59,264 nucleotides of DNA from Candidatus Promineifilaceae bacterium (GTDB lineage: Bacteria; Chloroflexota; Anaerolineae; Promineifilales; Promineifilaceae): contig JBNKZT010000001.1 in NCBI GenBank assembly GCA_050301775.1, forward strand, positions 1-59,264, written 5' to 3'. The notes below the pieces were generated by a model that was given only the letters and a program-made list of their open reading frames with translations, made no database searches and was not told where the DNA came from. Positions 36,901-45,389 of this stretch are shown here, one piece after another. A program made the position numbers and the translations under genes. Every line of letters begins with the position of its first letter. Position 1 is the first letter of the stretch.

Positions 36901-37228
36901 CACCGTCCCTTGCCCATCAGCCCCCATGGCTGTTACCGTCAATGGTCCAACAACAAACCTGGTCAACGCTACAGGCACGTTCACTGCCACCGTCACCCCC
37001 CTCACCGTCACCCAGCCGTTCACTTACACCTGGCAGGCCACCGGCCAGCCCGACATTGTCCAGACCGGCGGCTTTACGGATACGGTTGCCTACACCTGGG
37101 CCATCACCGGGACGAAAACCATCACGGTTACGGTGGAAAATGGGGTGGACGGGCCGGTGACGACCACCCATACCGTTGAAGTGGAGCCTTTCCGGTGTTA
37201 TTTGCCGGTGGTGTTAAAAGAGGAGTGA
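33905..37228 (+). CDS. P2: paralog of P1 (modules A + B) extended by PKD-like, CARDB-like and Ig-like domains; CYLPVV tail
   Basis: Track ORF 33893..37228. The likely start is ATG 33905 (MKKRAVLAIL), with GGAGGA 5 nt upstream. It has the same conserved Cys/motif set as P1. There are two PKD-like repeats (..FTATVSPITTTLPLSYTWEATD.. and ..FTATVTPLTVTQPFTYTWQATG..), a CARDB-like segment ADLTIGDLTLLSPLPIAANEPVDFQVTISNTGDVAT, and the protein ends VEPFRCYLPVVLKEE. Confidence 0.88.
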   Translation: MKKRAVLAILLVNIVSVLIILQVNQAAATVTAVQPADVYIGRRTSTGIINTSNLSIFGPNICIYYGDPFSPWNSPWAPNSYTYHYRILIPSDYPSDVLRVELFDPDSINQATNTHAISYSANAHALDPVSFPLGTVNKNCSSSDRRNACLISTGEMSLVDPTGAPPVLLDQINPFWFVRIDENRGAGAAPGNGLCGMPGYYNPAFNTSTLYELFYYTQNSDGSTTRTPLANYTGQTGDNIRDDGSHLTDMHWVSPGGTQIYDQPAAVPVDPGSSSDFELSIAQDLPGIVTDPATGDRYVYLDITTLSGASENGFDIWAGPLYPDVSSDVNIRNIRVLNSPSSHNAKGVVVSALEYNLVNSNYSNVIDIPLTYVNADQAGQPVYVSLFDTDSGAEPPIIFYLDTVPESDWSLTFGAGDPDPDGVSGRCKPGFCDGKWVDPLYQIQMPDLTSACDLANPDSQICTPFYGGRLMAHYIGGVGDTYAWQVNAEEGQPDPTAGCSAFPIAISKFVRSVSPPGSGANPYPDANDFDYPDGKDAPEPPEYIDFPNHIPDVPLLQAKEGSVFLVRAGTQPGNFGWLLWNNIYQTGSAATLSRSLTWPGDSLDYPFNGYYEPGDPTDMSLGIDDWVASNDGNVNSMDVLQALNEHIDLGRVLRLPIWDYSTQVTGDTMYQMSGFALFRLQGYNISQNWLLLEFIGWDDSCGQETVYSESVTIDGPVTGLVNTSHTFTATVSPITTTLPLSYTWEATDHAPVTHSSGLTDVISYTWSITGTKTITVSTRYGVVDTHTITIDPALADLTIGDLTLLSPLPIAANEPVDFQVTISNTGDVATNQTFFVDVFLDPTEVYSTSIPLNQSSGYVAVGSLGAHASRVITMTTAGFATEPDPHQVYAMVDSVRQVSEGNEANNIVGPLVVNDVGVPLHSITLLPNCGTGPDVQFTVMGFNWPQNTDVHLYWDYMLQSIIQTGGLTSFSQTWQKFGLSDGSYTLTAVANGHTATAVFTVPCPSAPMAVTVNGPTTNLVNATGTFTATVTPLTVTQPFTYTWQATGQPDIVQTGGFTDTVAYTWAITGTKTITVTVENGVDGPVTTTHTVEVEPFRCYLPVVLKEE

Positions 37229-37307
37229 GGAGGTAAACGGCCGTTGTTCCCATCACATAACCAGTAACAGTCGCCAGGGAACGGTCGTTCATTTTTTGGA
37301 GAAAGCC

Positions 37308-39110
37308 ATGAATAAACAAAATATCTCTTTAGCCGCCGCTATTGTCGTCAGCCTGCTCATGCTGGTCTTCCTCACCCACAATATTGCCTCATACAGTTCA
37401 GAAATTCAGAGTGGGGATACGGCCGTTGCCGTTCCCCCACCGCCAGTTAAAAGAACGATCACTTCTTTTTACTCTTTGATTTATGGTCCCAACATCTGCA
37501 CCAGTTTTGGTGATCCGTTTTCTCCCTGGAACAGTGTTTGGGCGCTAGGGTCTTACACTTACCATTATCGGATCATCATCCCCGATGATTACCCTGACGA
37601 TGTTTTGCGCGTGGAGATTTTTGACCCCGATTCCATCAATCGTGCTGAAAATACGGCCGAGATGTTTCATACGGAAACGGCCGTAAACGCCGGCTTCCCA
37701 CTTTTCGAAACCCGCTCCTGCACAGACGACCAGAGATTTAGCTGTCTTCTCGATACAGGAGAATTGGCTCTAACAACCGGGGATCCGCCGCTGGATTTTA
37801 CCAGCATCAACCCCTTTTGGTTGGTACGCGTCGACGAAAATCGGGGCGGAGGTACCCCGCCGGGTAATGGCACATGCGGTATTCCTGCCGCCTACGACGC
37901 GGCTTTTAACACCTCAACACTTTTTGAACTTTTCTACTATGCCCAAAACAGCGACGGCACAATCACGAAAATACCTCTATCAAGATATACCGGACAGGCT
38001 GGGGATAGTCTTCGCGACAATGGTAATCATCAAACCGATTTGCATTGGATTTCCCCAGGTGGAACGAGATTGTACGATCAACCGGCTGATGTGCCGGTAG
38101 ACCCGGGTTCCCCAGGCGATTTTGAACTCAGTGTTGCCAACGATTTGCCCGGCATCATCATTGATCCCTACACAAACAAACGAACCATTTACCTGGACAT
38201 TACCTCTTTACAAGGCGCTTCCGGCAATGGCTTTGATCTCTGGGCCGGACCGCTGTATCCCGATATTTCCAGCGATGCCAATGTTCGAAATGTTCAACTT
38301 ATCGACGATCCTCAGGCCCATGACACACAGGGTGTTTTCGTTGAACCGTTAGGACAATGGCCAATCCACTCAGCCTACGAATACCCTTACGAAATGCCGC
38401 TGATATACGTTGATGCGCAGAATGCCGGTAAATCAGCTTATGTTTCTTTGTTTGACACCGATGAGGGCACACAACCGCCCATTACCTTCTATTTTGATAC
38501 CATTCCCGAAGAAGATTGGTCTATGTCGTTTGGTGACGGCGATCCCGATCCAGATGGGGTTTCAGGGCGCTGTAAACCAGGGAGTTGCGACAATCGCTGG
38601 GTAAATCCCGCTTATGAAGTCCAAATTCCTGGGATCCTGGATAATTGTGACTGGGAAAATCCCACGCAAGAAGATTGTACACCATTTTATGGGGGATACC
38701 TGATGGTTCGTTACAATGGCGGGCCGGGAGATACCCATGTTTGGCAGGTTCCTATTGTCAGGCCACAAGTAACAATCGAGCCAGAACACAGCCAAATAGA
38801 TACGACACCGGGTATCACGGTAACTCACGTATTTACCACCACCTGGTTAGAATTTGAAAGGATGAACGACCTGGCGGTTACGGACTCGACCTGGCCTGCT
38901 CAATTGGATTGGTATGCTACTCGCGATCCCTTGGGTGTGACATGGGGAACAATCACGGTCACTGTGTTGCCACCAGATATATTGTGGGTTTCTGACACCT
39001 TTACACTCACGCTCAGTAACGAACCATTGGCCACAGGCACCACCCGGACAACTTTGAATGGTTTGTTTTTGCCGCACCGGGCCTATTTGCCGATGGTTTC
39101 GCAGCCGTAG
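37308..39110 (+). CDS. P3: paralog carrying module A only, then a distinct C-terminal domain; AYLPMV tail
   Basis: Track ORF 37296..39110. The likely start is ATG 37308 (MNKQNISLAAA), with GGAGA upstream. It shares all 8 module-A cysteines with P1/P2 (GPNICTSFGDPFSPWNSVWA ... DCTPFYGGYLMVRYNGG) and ends LFLPHRAYLPMVSQP. Confidence 0.85.
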   Translation: MNKQNISLAAAIVVSLLMLVFLTHNIASYSSEIQSGDTAVAVPPPPVKRTITSFYSLIYGPNICTSFGDPFSPWNSVWALGSYTYHYRIIIPDDYPDDVLRVEIFDPDSINRAENTAEMFHTETAVNAGFPLFETRSCTDDQRFSCLLDTGELALTTGDPPLDFTSINPFWLVRVDENRGGGTPPGNGTCGIPAAYDAAFNTSTLFELFYYAQNSDGTITKIPLSRYTGQAGDSLRDNGNHQTDLHWISPGGTRLYDQPADVPVDPGSPGDFELSVANDLPGIIIDPYTNKRTIYLDITSLQGASGNGFDLWAGPLYPDISSDANVRNVQLIDDPQAHDTQGVFVEPLGQWPIHSAYEYPYEMPLIYVDAQNAGKSAYVSLFDTDEGTQPPITFYFDTIPEEDWSMSFGDGDPDPDGVSGRCKPGSCDNRWVNPAYEVQIPGILDNCDWENPTQEDCTPFYGGYLMVRYNGGPGDTHVWQVPIVRPQVTIEPEHSQIDTTPGITVTHVFTTTWLEFERMNDLAVTDSTWPAQLDWYATRDPLGVTWGTITVTVLPPDILWVSDTFTLTLSNEPLATGTTRTTLNGLFLPHRAYLPMVSQP

Positions 39111-39131
39111 ATTGGGTGGTGAACGGCCGTA

Positions 39132-41006
39132 TCACGCCAAATGCGCCTTCACTGCCTCCGCCACCTCAAGCGGAATGCCCGGTACCGAACCAATCTCTTC
39201 GGCCGTTGCTTTACGCAAATCATCCAGCGAGCCAAAATGGGCCAGCAAAATCTGCCGCCGCTTTTTGCCGACGCCGGGCACGCTGTCCAAAACCGAAGCC
39301 ACGCCCACTTTGGCGCGCCGTTTGCGGTGCCCCTCATTGGCAAAACGATGTGCTTCATCCCGCACCCGCTGCACCAGATACAGCGCTTCCGAGCGGCGCG
39401 AGAGCAAAATCGACTTTGACTGCCCTGGTACAAACAACTCTTCTTCCTGTTTGGCCAGTCCTGTCAACGGCACCTCATCTTGCAGATCGAACTGGGCCAA
39501 AACATCCACGGCCATCGACAACTGCCCTTTACCCCCGTCCACAATCAGCAAATCGGGCAGCAATGACCAGGCAGTGTCTTTCTTGATCTGGCCAATCTGA
39601 CTGGGATCGTGCAGTTCACCGGCCAGTGTGTCCTTGTAGCGCTGGAAACGGCGCGTCAGCACTTCCTTCATCGCGCCGTAATCGTCATTGCCCACCGTCT
39701 GCACATTAAAGCGGCGGTAGTCGCTTTTGCGCGGCGCCCCCTGGACAAACACCACCATCGAGCCGACCGTTTGCGCCCCCTGCGTGTGGCTGATGTCATA
39801 GCATTCAATGCGCGCCGGCGGCGTCGGCAAATTCAGCGCCTCTTGCAGTTCCGTCATGGCCGTGACGTGTTTGGAGCGGTCGGCGGCCCACTGTTGGCGC
39901 AGCGTGGCCAACGTGTCGGCGGCGTTGTTGGCGGCCATTTGCACCAGTTCTTTCTTTTTGCCCCGCTGCGGAATTTGTAGCGTAACTTTGGTGCCCCGCT
40001 TCTGCTTCAGCCACTGCTCGATAATCATCGCTTCGGCCACCTCGTTGGGCAGCAGGACTTCTTTGGGAATGTGGGCGGCTTCATCATAAAACTGGGTCAG
40101 GAAATCTTGCAGCACATCGCCATCACTTTCGTCTTCTGTGCCGTCCAGTAAGAAATATTCCCGGCCAATCAGCTTGCCATGCCGGATGAAAAAGATTTGC
40201 ACGCAGGCGTCTCCCTGTTCACGAGCAAAGGCCACAACGTCTTGATCGGTGCTGGCCGCGCCGATGACTTTTTGTTTGGCCACCACTTTATCCACAGCCC
40301 GCAGTTGGTCACGGATTTCGGCCGCTTTTTCAAACTGCAAGTTTTCGGCCGCCTTGTTCATCCGCGCTTCCAATTGTTTGGCGATATGTTCTGATTTGCC
40401 GTTGAGAAAATCCATTAACTGTTGGATCATGCCGCGATACTGCTGTTTGTTAACTGCGCCAATACAGGGACCATTACACAGCTTAATGTCGTAGTACAAA
40501 CAGGCGCGGGCATCGTTTCCGGTGATATTCCGGTCACAAGTCAGGTAGGGGAAGATTTTGCGCAGCAGGTCTAATGTTTGGTGAACAGCCCAAACGGAGG
40601 CATATGGGCCAAAGTAGCGGGAGCCATCGCGGACCATCCGCCGGGTGACGGTGACTTTGGGGTAATTATCGGCCCAATGTATTTTGATGTAGGGCATCCG
40701 CTTGTCGTCTTTGAGTTGGATGTTGTAGCGGGGGCGGTGCTTTTTGATGAGATTCATCTCTAGCAGCAGTGCTTCCAGTTCGGAATCGGTGGTGATGATC
40801 TCTATATCGGTAATCTGGCGGCGTAACTGCTCCGTTTTGGTGCGGTCGACTTTGGCGGCAAAGTAGGAGCGGACACGGTGGCGTAGATTGACCGATTTGC
40901 CGACGTAAATGATGGTTCCGCTTTTATCTTTGTGCAGATAAACGCCGGGCTTCTGGGGCAGGTTTTTAAGGATTTTCTGGATGTTTTCGGGTGGTGTGTA
41001 AGCCAT
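39132..41006 (-). CDS. uvrC: Excinuclease ABC subunit C
   Basis: Track ORF of 624 aa. GIY-YIG N-terminus (PGVYLHKDKSGTIIYVGKSVNLRHRVRSYF), a UvrBC-interaction region, an endonuclease-V-like domain and a C-terminal (HhH)2 (IPGVGKKRRQILLAHFGSLDDLRKATAEEI). Confidence 0.95.
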   Translation of the reverse strand: MAYTPPENIQKILKNLPQKPGVYLHKDKSGTIIYVGKSVNLRHRVRSYFAAKVDRTKTEQLRRQITDIEIITTDSELEALLLEMNLIKKHRPRYNIQLKDDKRMPYIKIHWADNYPKVTVTRRMVRDGSRYFGPYASVWAVHQTLDLLRKIFPYLTCDRNITGNDARACLYYDIKLCNGPCIGAVNKQQYRGMIQQLMDFLNGKSEHIAKQLEARMNKAAENLQFEKAAEIRDQLRAVDKVVAKQKVIGAASTDQDVVAFAREQGDACVQIFFIRHGKLIGREYFLLDGTEDESDGDVLQDFLTQFYDEAAHIPKEVLLPNEVAEAMIIEQWLKQKRGTKVTLQIPQRGKKKELVQMAANNAADTLATLRQQWAADRSKHVTAMTELQEALNLPTPPARIECYDISHTQGAQTVGSMVVFVQGAPRKSDYRRFNVQTVGNDDYGAMKEVLTRRFQRYKDTLAGELHDPSQIGQIKKDTAWSLLPDLLIVDGGKGQLSMAVDVLAQFDLQDEVPLTGLAKQEEELFVPGQSKSILLSRRSEALYLVQRVRDEAHRFANEGHRKRRAKVGVASVLDSVPGVGKKRRQILLAHFGSLDDLRKATAEEIGSVPGIPLEVAEAVKAHLA

Positions 41007-41009
41007 TGG

Positions 41010-41429
41010 TTATTGGTCGGTTTGGTCAGGCCATAATTGGAAACCGGCCTGGACAAAATGCTGGTCGAAGGAAAAGGCTTGCCAAAGATGAAGTTGGCGC
41101 ATTAAGATAAAGCTCGTGCAATCGGTAAATGCCCATTCTTTGTCATCATAGGCCTGAAACATTTCCCAGGCAGCCTGCCAGGTACTCTCATCAACATGAA
41201 TGATTTCCACATTTTTAGCAGCAAGTAGCCATAAGCCAAATCGAGTCGCCGCGCCATGCCCGCTCCGTTTGAGTAGAATGGTTAATGCTTCGTCGAAAAC
41301 ATAATCGCTGGTTTGGATAGTAACGGATTGTCCTTCCAATTGGCGGAAGCTGGCTGAAGCCGCTCGATGGTATTTGTCACTTTTATCGAAGAGGGCAACC
41401 CAGCCGCTGCTATCTGCAAACAGGTTCAT
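41010..41429 (-). CDS. vapC: PIN-domain toxin (VapC-type)
   Basis: Track ORF 41010..41456. The likely start is ATG 41429 (MNLFADSSGWVALFDKSDKYH), giving an ATGA overlap with the antitoxin stop. It has PIN-like acidic residues (D at the N-terminus, DEALT, FTDCTSF). Confidence 0.8.
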   Translation of the reverse strand: MNLFADSSGWVALFDKSDKYHRAASASFRQLEGQSVTIQTSDYVFDEALTILLKRSGHGAATRFGLWLLAAKNVEIIHVDESTWQAAWEMFQAYDDKEWAFTDCTSFILMRQLHLWQAFSFDQHFVQAGFQLWPDQTDQ

Positions 41430-41716
41430 TTGTCTTCTTCTGTCTCCGGATCCCAATCGCGGGTATAAATGTATTTGTCGTGATTGACTGAGCCGTCGGT
41501 AATGCCACTTTCAACCATGCCGATGATGTTCCAGATGGGGTCGTCGGCCGTTAAGATGTGACCTTCTTCTTTGGCAGGGGATTCGGTGACGTATTGGGCC
41601 AGCGCTTCCCGGATTTGGATGGCCATGGTGATGCCTTCGGCGTCGGCGCGATCTTTTAGCTGTTCGTAAATATCGCGGGGCAGGTAGACCTGTGTGCGAA
41701 CCATTTTCTCAGACAT
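41426..41716 (-). CDS. Ribbon-helix-helix antitoxin (VapB/CopG-like) with an extended C-terminal tail
   Basis: Track ORF 41426..41797. The likely start is ATG 41716 (MSEKMVRTQVYLPRDIYEQLKDRADAEGITMAIQIREALAQYV). RHH fold pattern, with a 4-nt overlap with vapC. Confidence 0.75.
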   Translation of the reverse strand: MSEKMVRTQVYLPRDIYEQLKDRADAEGITMAIQIREALAQYVTESPAKEEGHILTADDPIWNIIGMVESGITDGSVNHDKYIYTRDWDPETEEDK

Positions 41717-41802
41717 GATATTTCTCCGCTCGATAGATGTATGTAATATACATCTGTTGCGCCGGGGTGTCAACGGCCGTAACCACCCTCTCCCCACTAA
41801 AC

Positions 41803-41838
41803 AAAAAAAGAGGAACGGTTTACGGCCGTTCCTCTTTT
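41803..41838 (-). terminator. Intrinsic terminator downstream of the DUF11-protein gene (A-run/T-run on both sides)
   Basis: AAAAAAAG AGGAACGG tttacgg CCGTTCCTCT TTT. On the minus strand the hairpin is followed by a run of 7 T. The loop/stem contains an ACGGCCGT copy. Confidence 0.75.
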
Positions 41839-41864
41839 GACATCCTTGTTTGAATTAAACTGAT

Positions 41865-42536
41865 TTAACGAATAACCACCGGCAGGTAAACTTCGTATTG
41901 AGTTGGCTGAACAATGAGGGTGACTTCGGCCTGGTTGTTACCGGTGAATGCATCGATGTCGGATGAGATAACGGCCGTACTTACCAAACTTGTCTTCGCA
42001 TTGATTGAAGGATCAACGACACCCGTCACAATAACCGTTCCCGTCACACCGGGTGCTAAATCCTCCACATGCATGACATAGCCTGTCCCGTCCACTAATG
42101 TCACTCCTGGTCCTTTGCTTTCAAAAGTCGTCTGAATGAGGTTCGACGGTTTTTTATAGTCAATCACCACACCGGTGGCTGTAGCGTTGCCATCATTGCG
42201 GAAGGTCACAATGTAAGTCACAACCTGCCCTGGTTCGACCACTGTCGGCGTCACTACATGAGTAATCGACAGGTCAGGCGCGGCGTCGGTGGCCACCGGC
42301 TCATGCCAAAAACCACCGCTGAGGCTGAATTCGCCGCCGGACATCGTGCCGGCGTCGGGCTGACCAGCCGTACCGACAACTTCCAGGCCGCCGCCGCTGC
42401 TGCGCCCGCCGCCGCCGTCAAACGTAAACCAGGGCAAGCTGAAGGTTGGCTCCTGGGTAAATCCATGCCGGTTAATCAGGGCCAGGGCCGCGATTAAAGC
42501 CAGCAGCGGAACCAGGATTTTGCTTTTTCTGTTCAT
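41865..42536 (-). CDS. Secreted DUF11 (conserved repeat domain) protein with VYLPVV tail
   Basis: Track ORF of 223 aa. Signal peptide LVPLLALIAALALI. DUF11-like PDLSITHVVTPTVVEPGQVVTYIVTFRNDGNATATGVVI. It ends PTQYEVYLPVVIR. Confidence 0.8.
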   Translation of the reverse strand: MNRKSKILVPLLALIAALALINRHGFTQEPTFSLPWFTFDGGGGRSSGGGLEVVGTAGQPDAGTMSGGEFSLSGGFWHEPVATDAAPDLSITHVVTPTVVEPGQVVTYIVTFRNDGNATATGVVIDYKKPSNLIQTTFESKGPGVTLVDGTGYVMHVEDLAPGVTGTVIVTGVVDPSINAKTSLVSTAVISSDIDAFTGNNQAEVTLIVQPTQYEVYLPVVIR

Positions 42537-42578
42537 GATGAGTCCTTTCGACTGCTTTTGGCAACTTCCGAAAATGCC

Positions 42579-45122
42579 TTACTGAGCGGTAGCCATCCAG
42601 TTGATAGATACAGCCTGGCTGTCGGGATATGCATAAAGCAAACCTATGTTGGACCCGCCGTAATAGCTGACGGCCGGTTGACCATCGATAACAGCTAACG
42701 AAGTAGCCCCATTCCATCCCGAATAAGCGGCAGCCCCAACAACAGTAGGCGTATTCCACGAAGCACCATTAGCATCACCGGCCTGGGCAAACTTCACCTG
42801 GGAATTTGAATAGTCAAAGTAGCTGATGGCTGGTTTACCATCAACGACTACCAGCGAGGAATATTCACCAACATCGCCTACAGTATCTACACCAATTGGT
42901 GTGTTCCAGGTTGTGCCATTGGCATCACTGGCCTGAACATACAGTAAATCATTTGAAGCGTAGTCGTAATAGCTAATAGCCGGTTTGTTATTGACCAGGG
43001 CTAATGAACTGTCCAGTCCGTCAGTACCCACCGTATCGATGACGACGGAAGTGTTCCAGGTTGACCCATTGGCATCACTGGCTTGAATGTATTTCAAAGA
43101 GGTATTTGTTCTGTCATAATAACTGATAGCCGGTTTATCATTTACGACCAGGAGTGAATTGAATTCGCCAACCCTACCAGTCGAATCTACTCGTACCGGG
43201 GTGTTCCAGGTTGTACCATCGGCATCTTGGGCCTGGACATACATCAAATCATCTTTGTTGCTGTCTTCATAATAACTAATGGCCGGTTTGCCATTTACCA
43301 CAGCCAAGGAAGTGTGCGTGCCCACCTGACCGGAATCTACCGTAACGGGCGTATTCCAGGTTGCCCCATTAGCGTCTGCGGTCTGGACATATTTCAAGCT
43401 GTCGTTGGTCGTGTCGTGGTAGCTGATAGCCGGGCTGCCATTGACGATGGCCATGGACAGGTGGTCGCCGACGTTGCCAGCTGCGTCCACGGTGACCGGG
43501 GCACCCCAGGTCGTGCCGGCAGCATCCAACGCCTGGACGTATTTCAAATCGCCATTTGTCGCGTCGTAGTAGCTGATGGCCGGTTTGCCGTTGACCAGAA
43601 GTAGGGCCGAGTATTGCCCGACATTGCCATTGGCATCTACTGTGGTGGCACTGGCGACTGCTGTGAAGAGCGCCTGGGCTGTAAACCCATCGGTTGTTAC
43701 GTCGGTGACAAATAATCGAGCGCCACCGGCCAGTATCGATGAATTTGTTTGTAATGTCAGGTTGACAATTGGCTCAGAAGTAAACGCTGTATCAAAAACA
43801 ACCGGGAACTGCACGGCCGTTGTCGAACCAAACCCACCCAGGTCGGGGACGTTAATTTTGCCCGATTGCAGGTTGGCCGATCCGCCGCTGCCCATGAGAC
43901 TGCTTAAATCAACCGAAATCGTGCCGCCGCCGTCGGTGATTTCTAGCACTGCACCATTCAGGCTGGCTGACAGGTTAAACTCATTGCCCGGGTCAGCATC
44001 GGCGTCACCTGTATTTGCAATGGTTGTGCCATTAATTGCAATGCCATCCCCGGCGTCGTAAGTTGGACCGGGTTCACCTTGCGGGCCTTGTTCACCCTGG
44101 GGGCCTTGCGGACCCATCAGACCTTGCTCGCCTTGCAAACCCTGTTCACCCTGCGGGCCTTGTTCGCCTTGTAGTCCTTGCTCGCCTTGTAAACCCTGTT
44201 CACCCTGCAGGCCTTGTTCACCCTGTGGTCCTTGGGGACCCATCAGACCTTGTTCGCCCTGCGCGCCTTGTTCACCCTGGGGACCTTGCGGACCCATGGG
44301 GCCAACTGCGCCGTCAGTGCCAGCGGGGCCTTGTTCGCCTTGCGGGCCTTGCGGACCAGTTGCACCGTCAGCGCCGGCCGGGCCTTGCTCGCCTTGTGGT
44401 CCTTGCGGGCCGGCGGGGCCTTGTTCGCCTTGTATTCCTTCGGGCAGGCTGATGGTTCCGCCGCCGCCAGAGAGGATCAGGTTACTGCCATCCAGAGTCA
44501 GGATTTGTAATTCGTTGGTGGGGTCAGCGTCAGCGTCTTCCGTGCCATCTTGCAAGCTGCTCAAATCCAGGGCGATGGTGCCACCAGCGTCGGTCAGTTC
44601 CAGGGTTGTGCCGGTAAGGAGCAGGCTGGTAACGAGTTCGTTGAGCGGATCGGCGTCTTCGTCACGGCCGTATAACGCATAGGGTGCGGCCGTTAAGGGC
44701 TGCATCGGGGTCAACGCCGTCAGCGGCGTAACGCCATCGGGAGCAACATGAATCGACAACCAGCGGGCCGAGCCATCAAAAGCGCCAATGCCGAAATCGA
44801 GTTCGACGGTAAACAGACCATCGGTTACCAGAACATCGGGGAGGATAACGGTGCTGCCAACTTGTACGGCCGTTGCCGCATCTGCGCCATCGTAAAGGTA
44901 AAACTCAAAATCAAACAGGCCATTGGCCGGTGTACCATCTTGATTAAGCTGACCCTGATAGGTAAAGCCTTGACTCAATGGGGATGCGGCTGCACCGCGG
45001 CTGAAAACGGCTAAAATGAGTAAAAATATGAGGACAGCCAGGAAGGTTAAGAGACTGTTTTGTTTTTGTTTCGACCCAGCGCTCAATCTTCCAAACGGAT
45101 ACTGGTTGTTACGAAAATTCAT
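42579..45122 (-). CDS. Collagen-like surface fibre protein: N-terminal beta-sandwich-like region, about 40 G-X-Y triplets, H-type-lectin-like segment, 7-blade beta-propeller
   Basis: Track ORF 42579..45152. The likely start is ATG 45122 (MNFRNNQ), with GAGGAG 8 nt upstream. TM/signal [60 protein letters not shown]... tract. [29 protein letters not shown]. Seven units of about 45 aa of the type [33 protein letters not shown]. Confidence 0.85.
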   Translation of the reverse strand: MNFRNNQYPFGRLSAGSKQKQNSLLTFLAVLIFLLILAVFSRGAAASPLSQGFTYQGQLNQDGTPANGLFDFEFYLYDGADAATAVQVGSTVILPDVLVTDGLFTVELDFGIGAFDGSARWLSIHVAPDGVTPLTALTPMQPLTAAPYALYGRDEDADPLNELVTSLLLTGTTLELTDAGGTIALDLSSLQDGTEDADADPTNELQILTLDGSNLILSGGGGTISLPEGIQGEQGPAGPQGPQGEQGPAGADGATGPQGPQGEQGPAGTDGAVGPMGPQGPQGEQGAQGEQGLMGPQGPQGEQGLQGEQGLQGEQGLQGEQGPQGEQGLQGEQGLMGPQGPQGEQGPQGEPGPTYDAGDGIAINGTTIANTGDADADPGNEFNLSASLNGAVLEITDGGGTISVDLSSLMGSGGSANLQSGKINVPDLGGFGSTTAVQFPVVFDTAFTSEPIVNLTLQTNSSILAGGARLFVTDVTTDGFTAQALFTAVASATTVDANGNVGQYSALLLVNGKPAISYYDATNGDLKYVQALDAAGTTWGAPVTVDAAGNVGDHLSMAIVNGSPAISYHDTTNDSLKYVQTADANGATWNTPVTVDSGQVGTHTSLAVVNGKPAISYYEDSNKDDLMYVQAQDADGTTWNTPVRVDSTGRVGEFNSLLVVNDKPAISYYDRTNTSLKYIQASDANGSTWNTSVVIDTVGTDGLDSSLALVNNKPAISYYDYASNDLLYVQASDANGTTWNTPIGVDTVGDVGEYSSLVVVDGKPAISYFDYSNSQVKFAQAGDANGASWNTPTVVGAAAYSGWNGATSLAVIDGQPAVSYYGGSNIGLLYAYPDSQAVSINWMATAQ

Positions 45123-45377
45123 TTGTTTTGCTCCTCGTGCGAAACCCAGCAACCATTACCGGCATAAACCAATTGAAAAAATCATGGGAATGTATTGAAA
45201 AAATTTGGGGTTGCGAACTACTTCCGCCAATAATGGTTATTTATTTGTTTGCACAAAATATTTTCTGTCATTAATAATGTACCACTGGATTGTTAAAATA
45301 TTTGTTACAATCGTAAGATTTCTACCTGGGAAAAAGGTACTGGGGAGCAGGGTACTAGGCGGCTGGCACGTTGCCGC

Positions 45378-45383
45378 TATAAT
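45378..45383 (+). promoter_or_regulatory. -10 box TATAAT, 6 nt upstream of ATG 45390 (leaderless candidate)
   Basis: GCTATAATcaagacATG. The preceding 230 nt are AT-rich and shared with the divergent collagen-like gene. Confidence 0.35.
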
Positions 45384-45389
45384 CAAGAC

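Noticed and set aside
42600-43600. Repeats with a period of about 135 nt
   Set aside because: They are explained by the seven propeller-blade units of the collagen-like protein, so this is coding repeat rather than a DNA-level element.
44040-44450. Highly repetitive 9/18-nt periodic DNA that could be mistaken for a tandem-repeat or CRISPR-like array
   Set aside because: It is the coding sequence of the G-X-Y collagen tract on the minus strand. There are no unique spacers of CRISPR size. No CRISPR array was found anywhere in the window.
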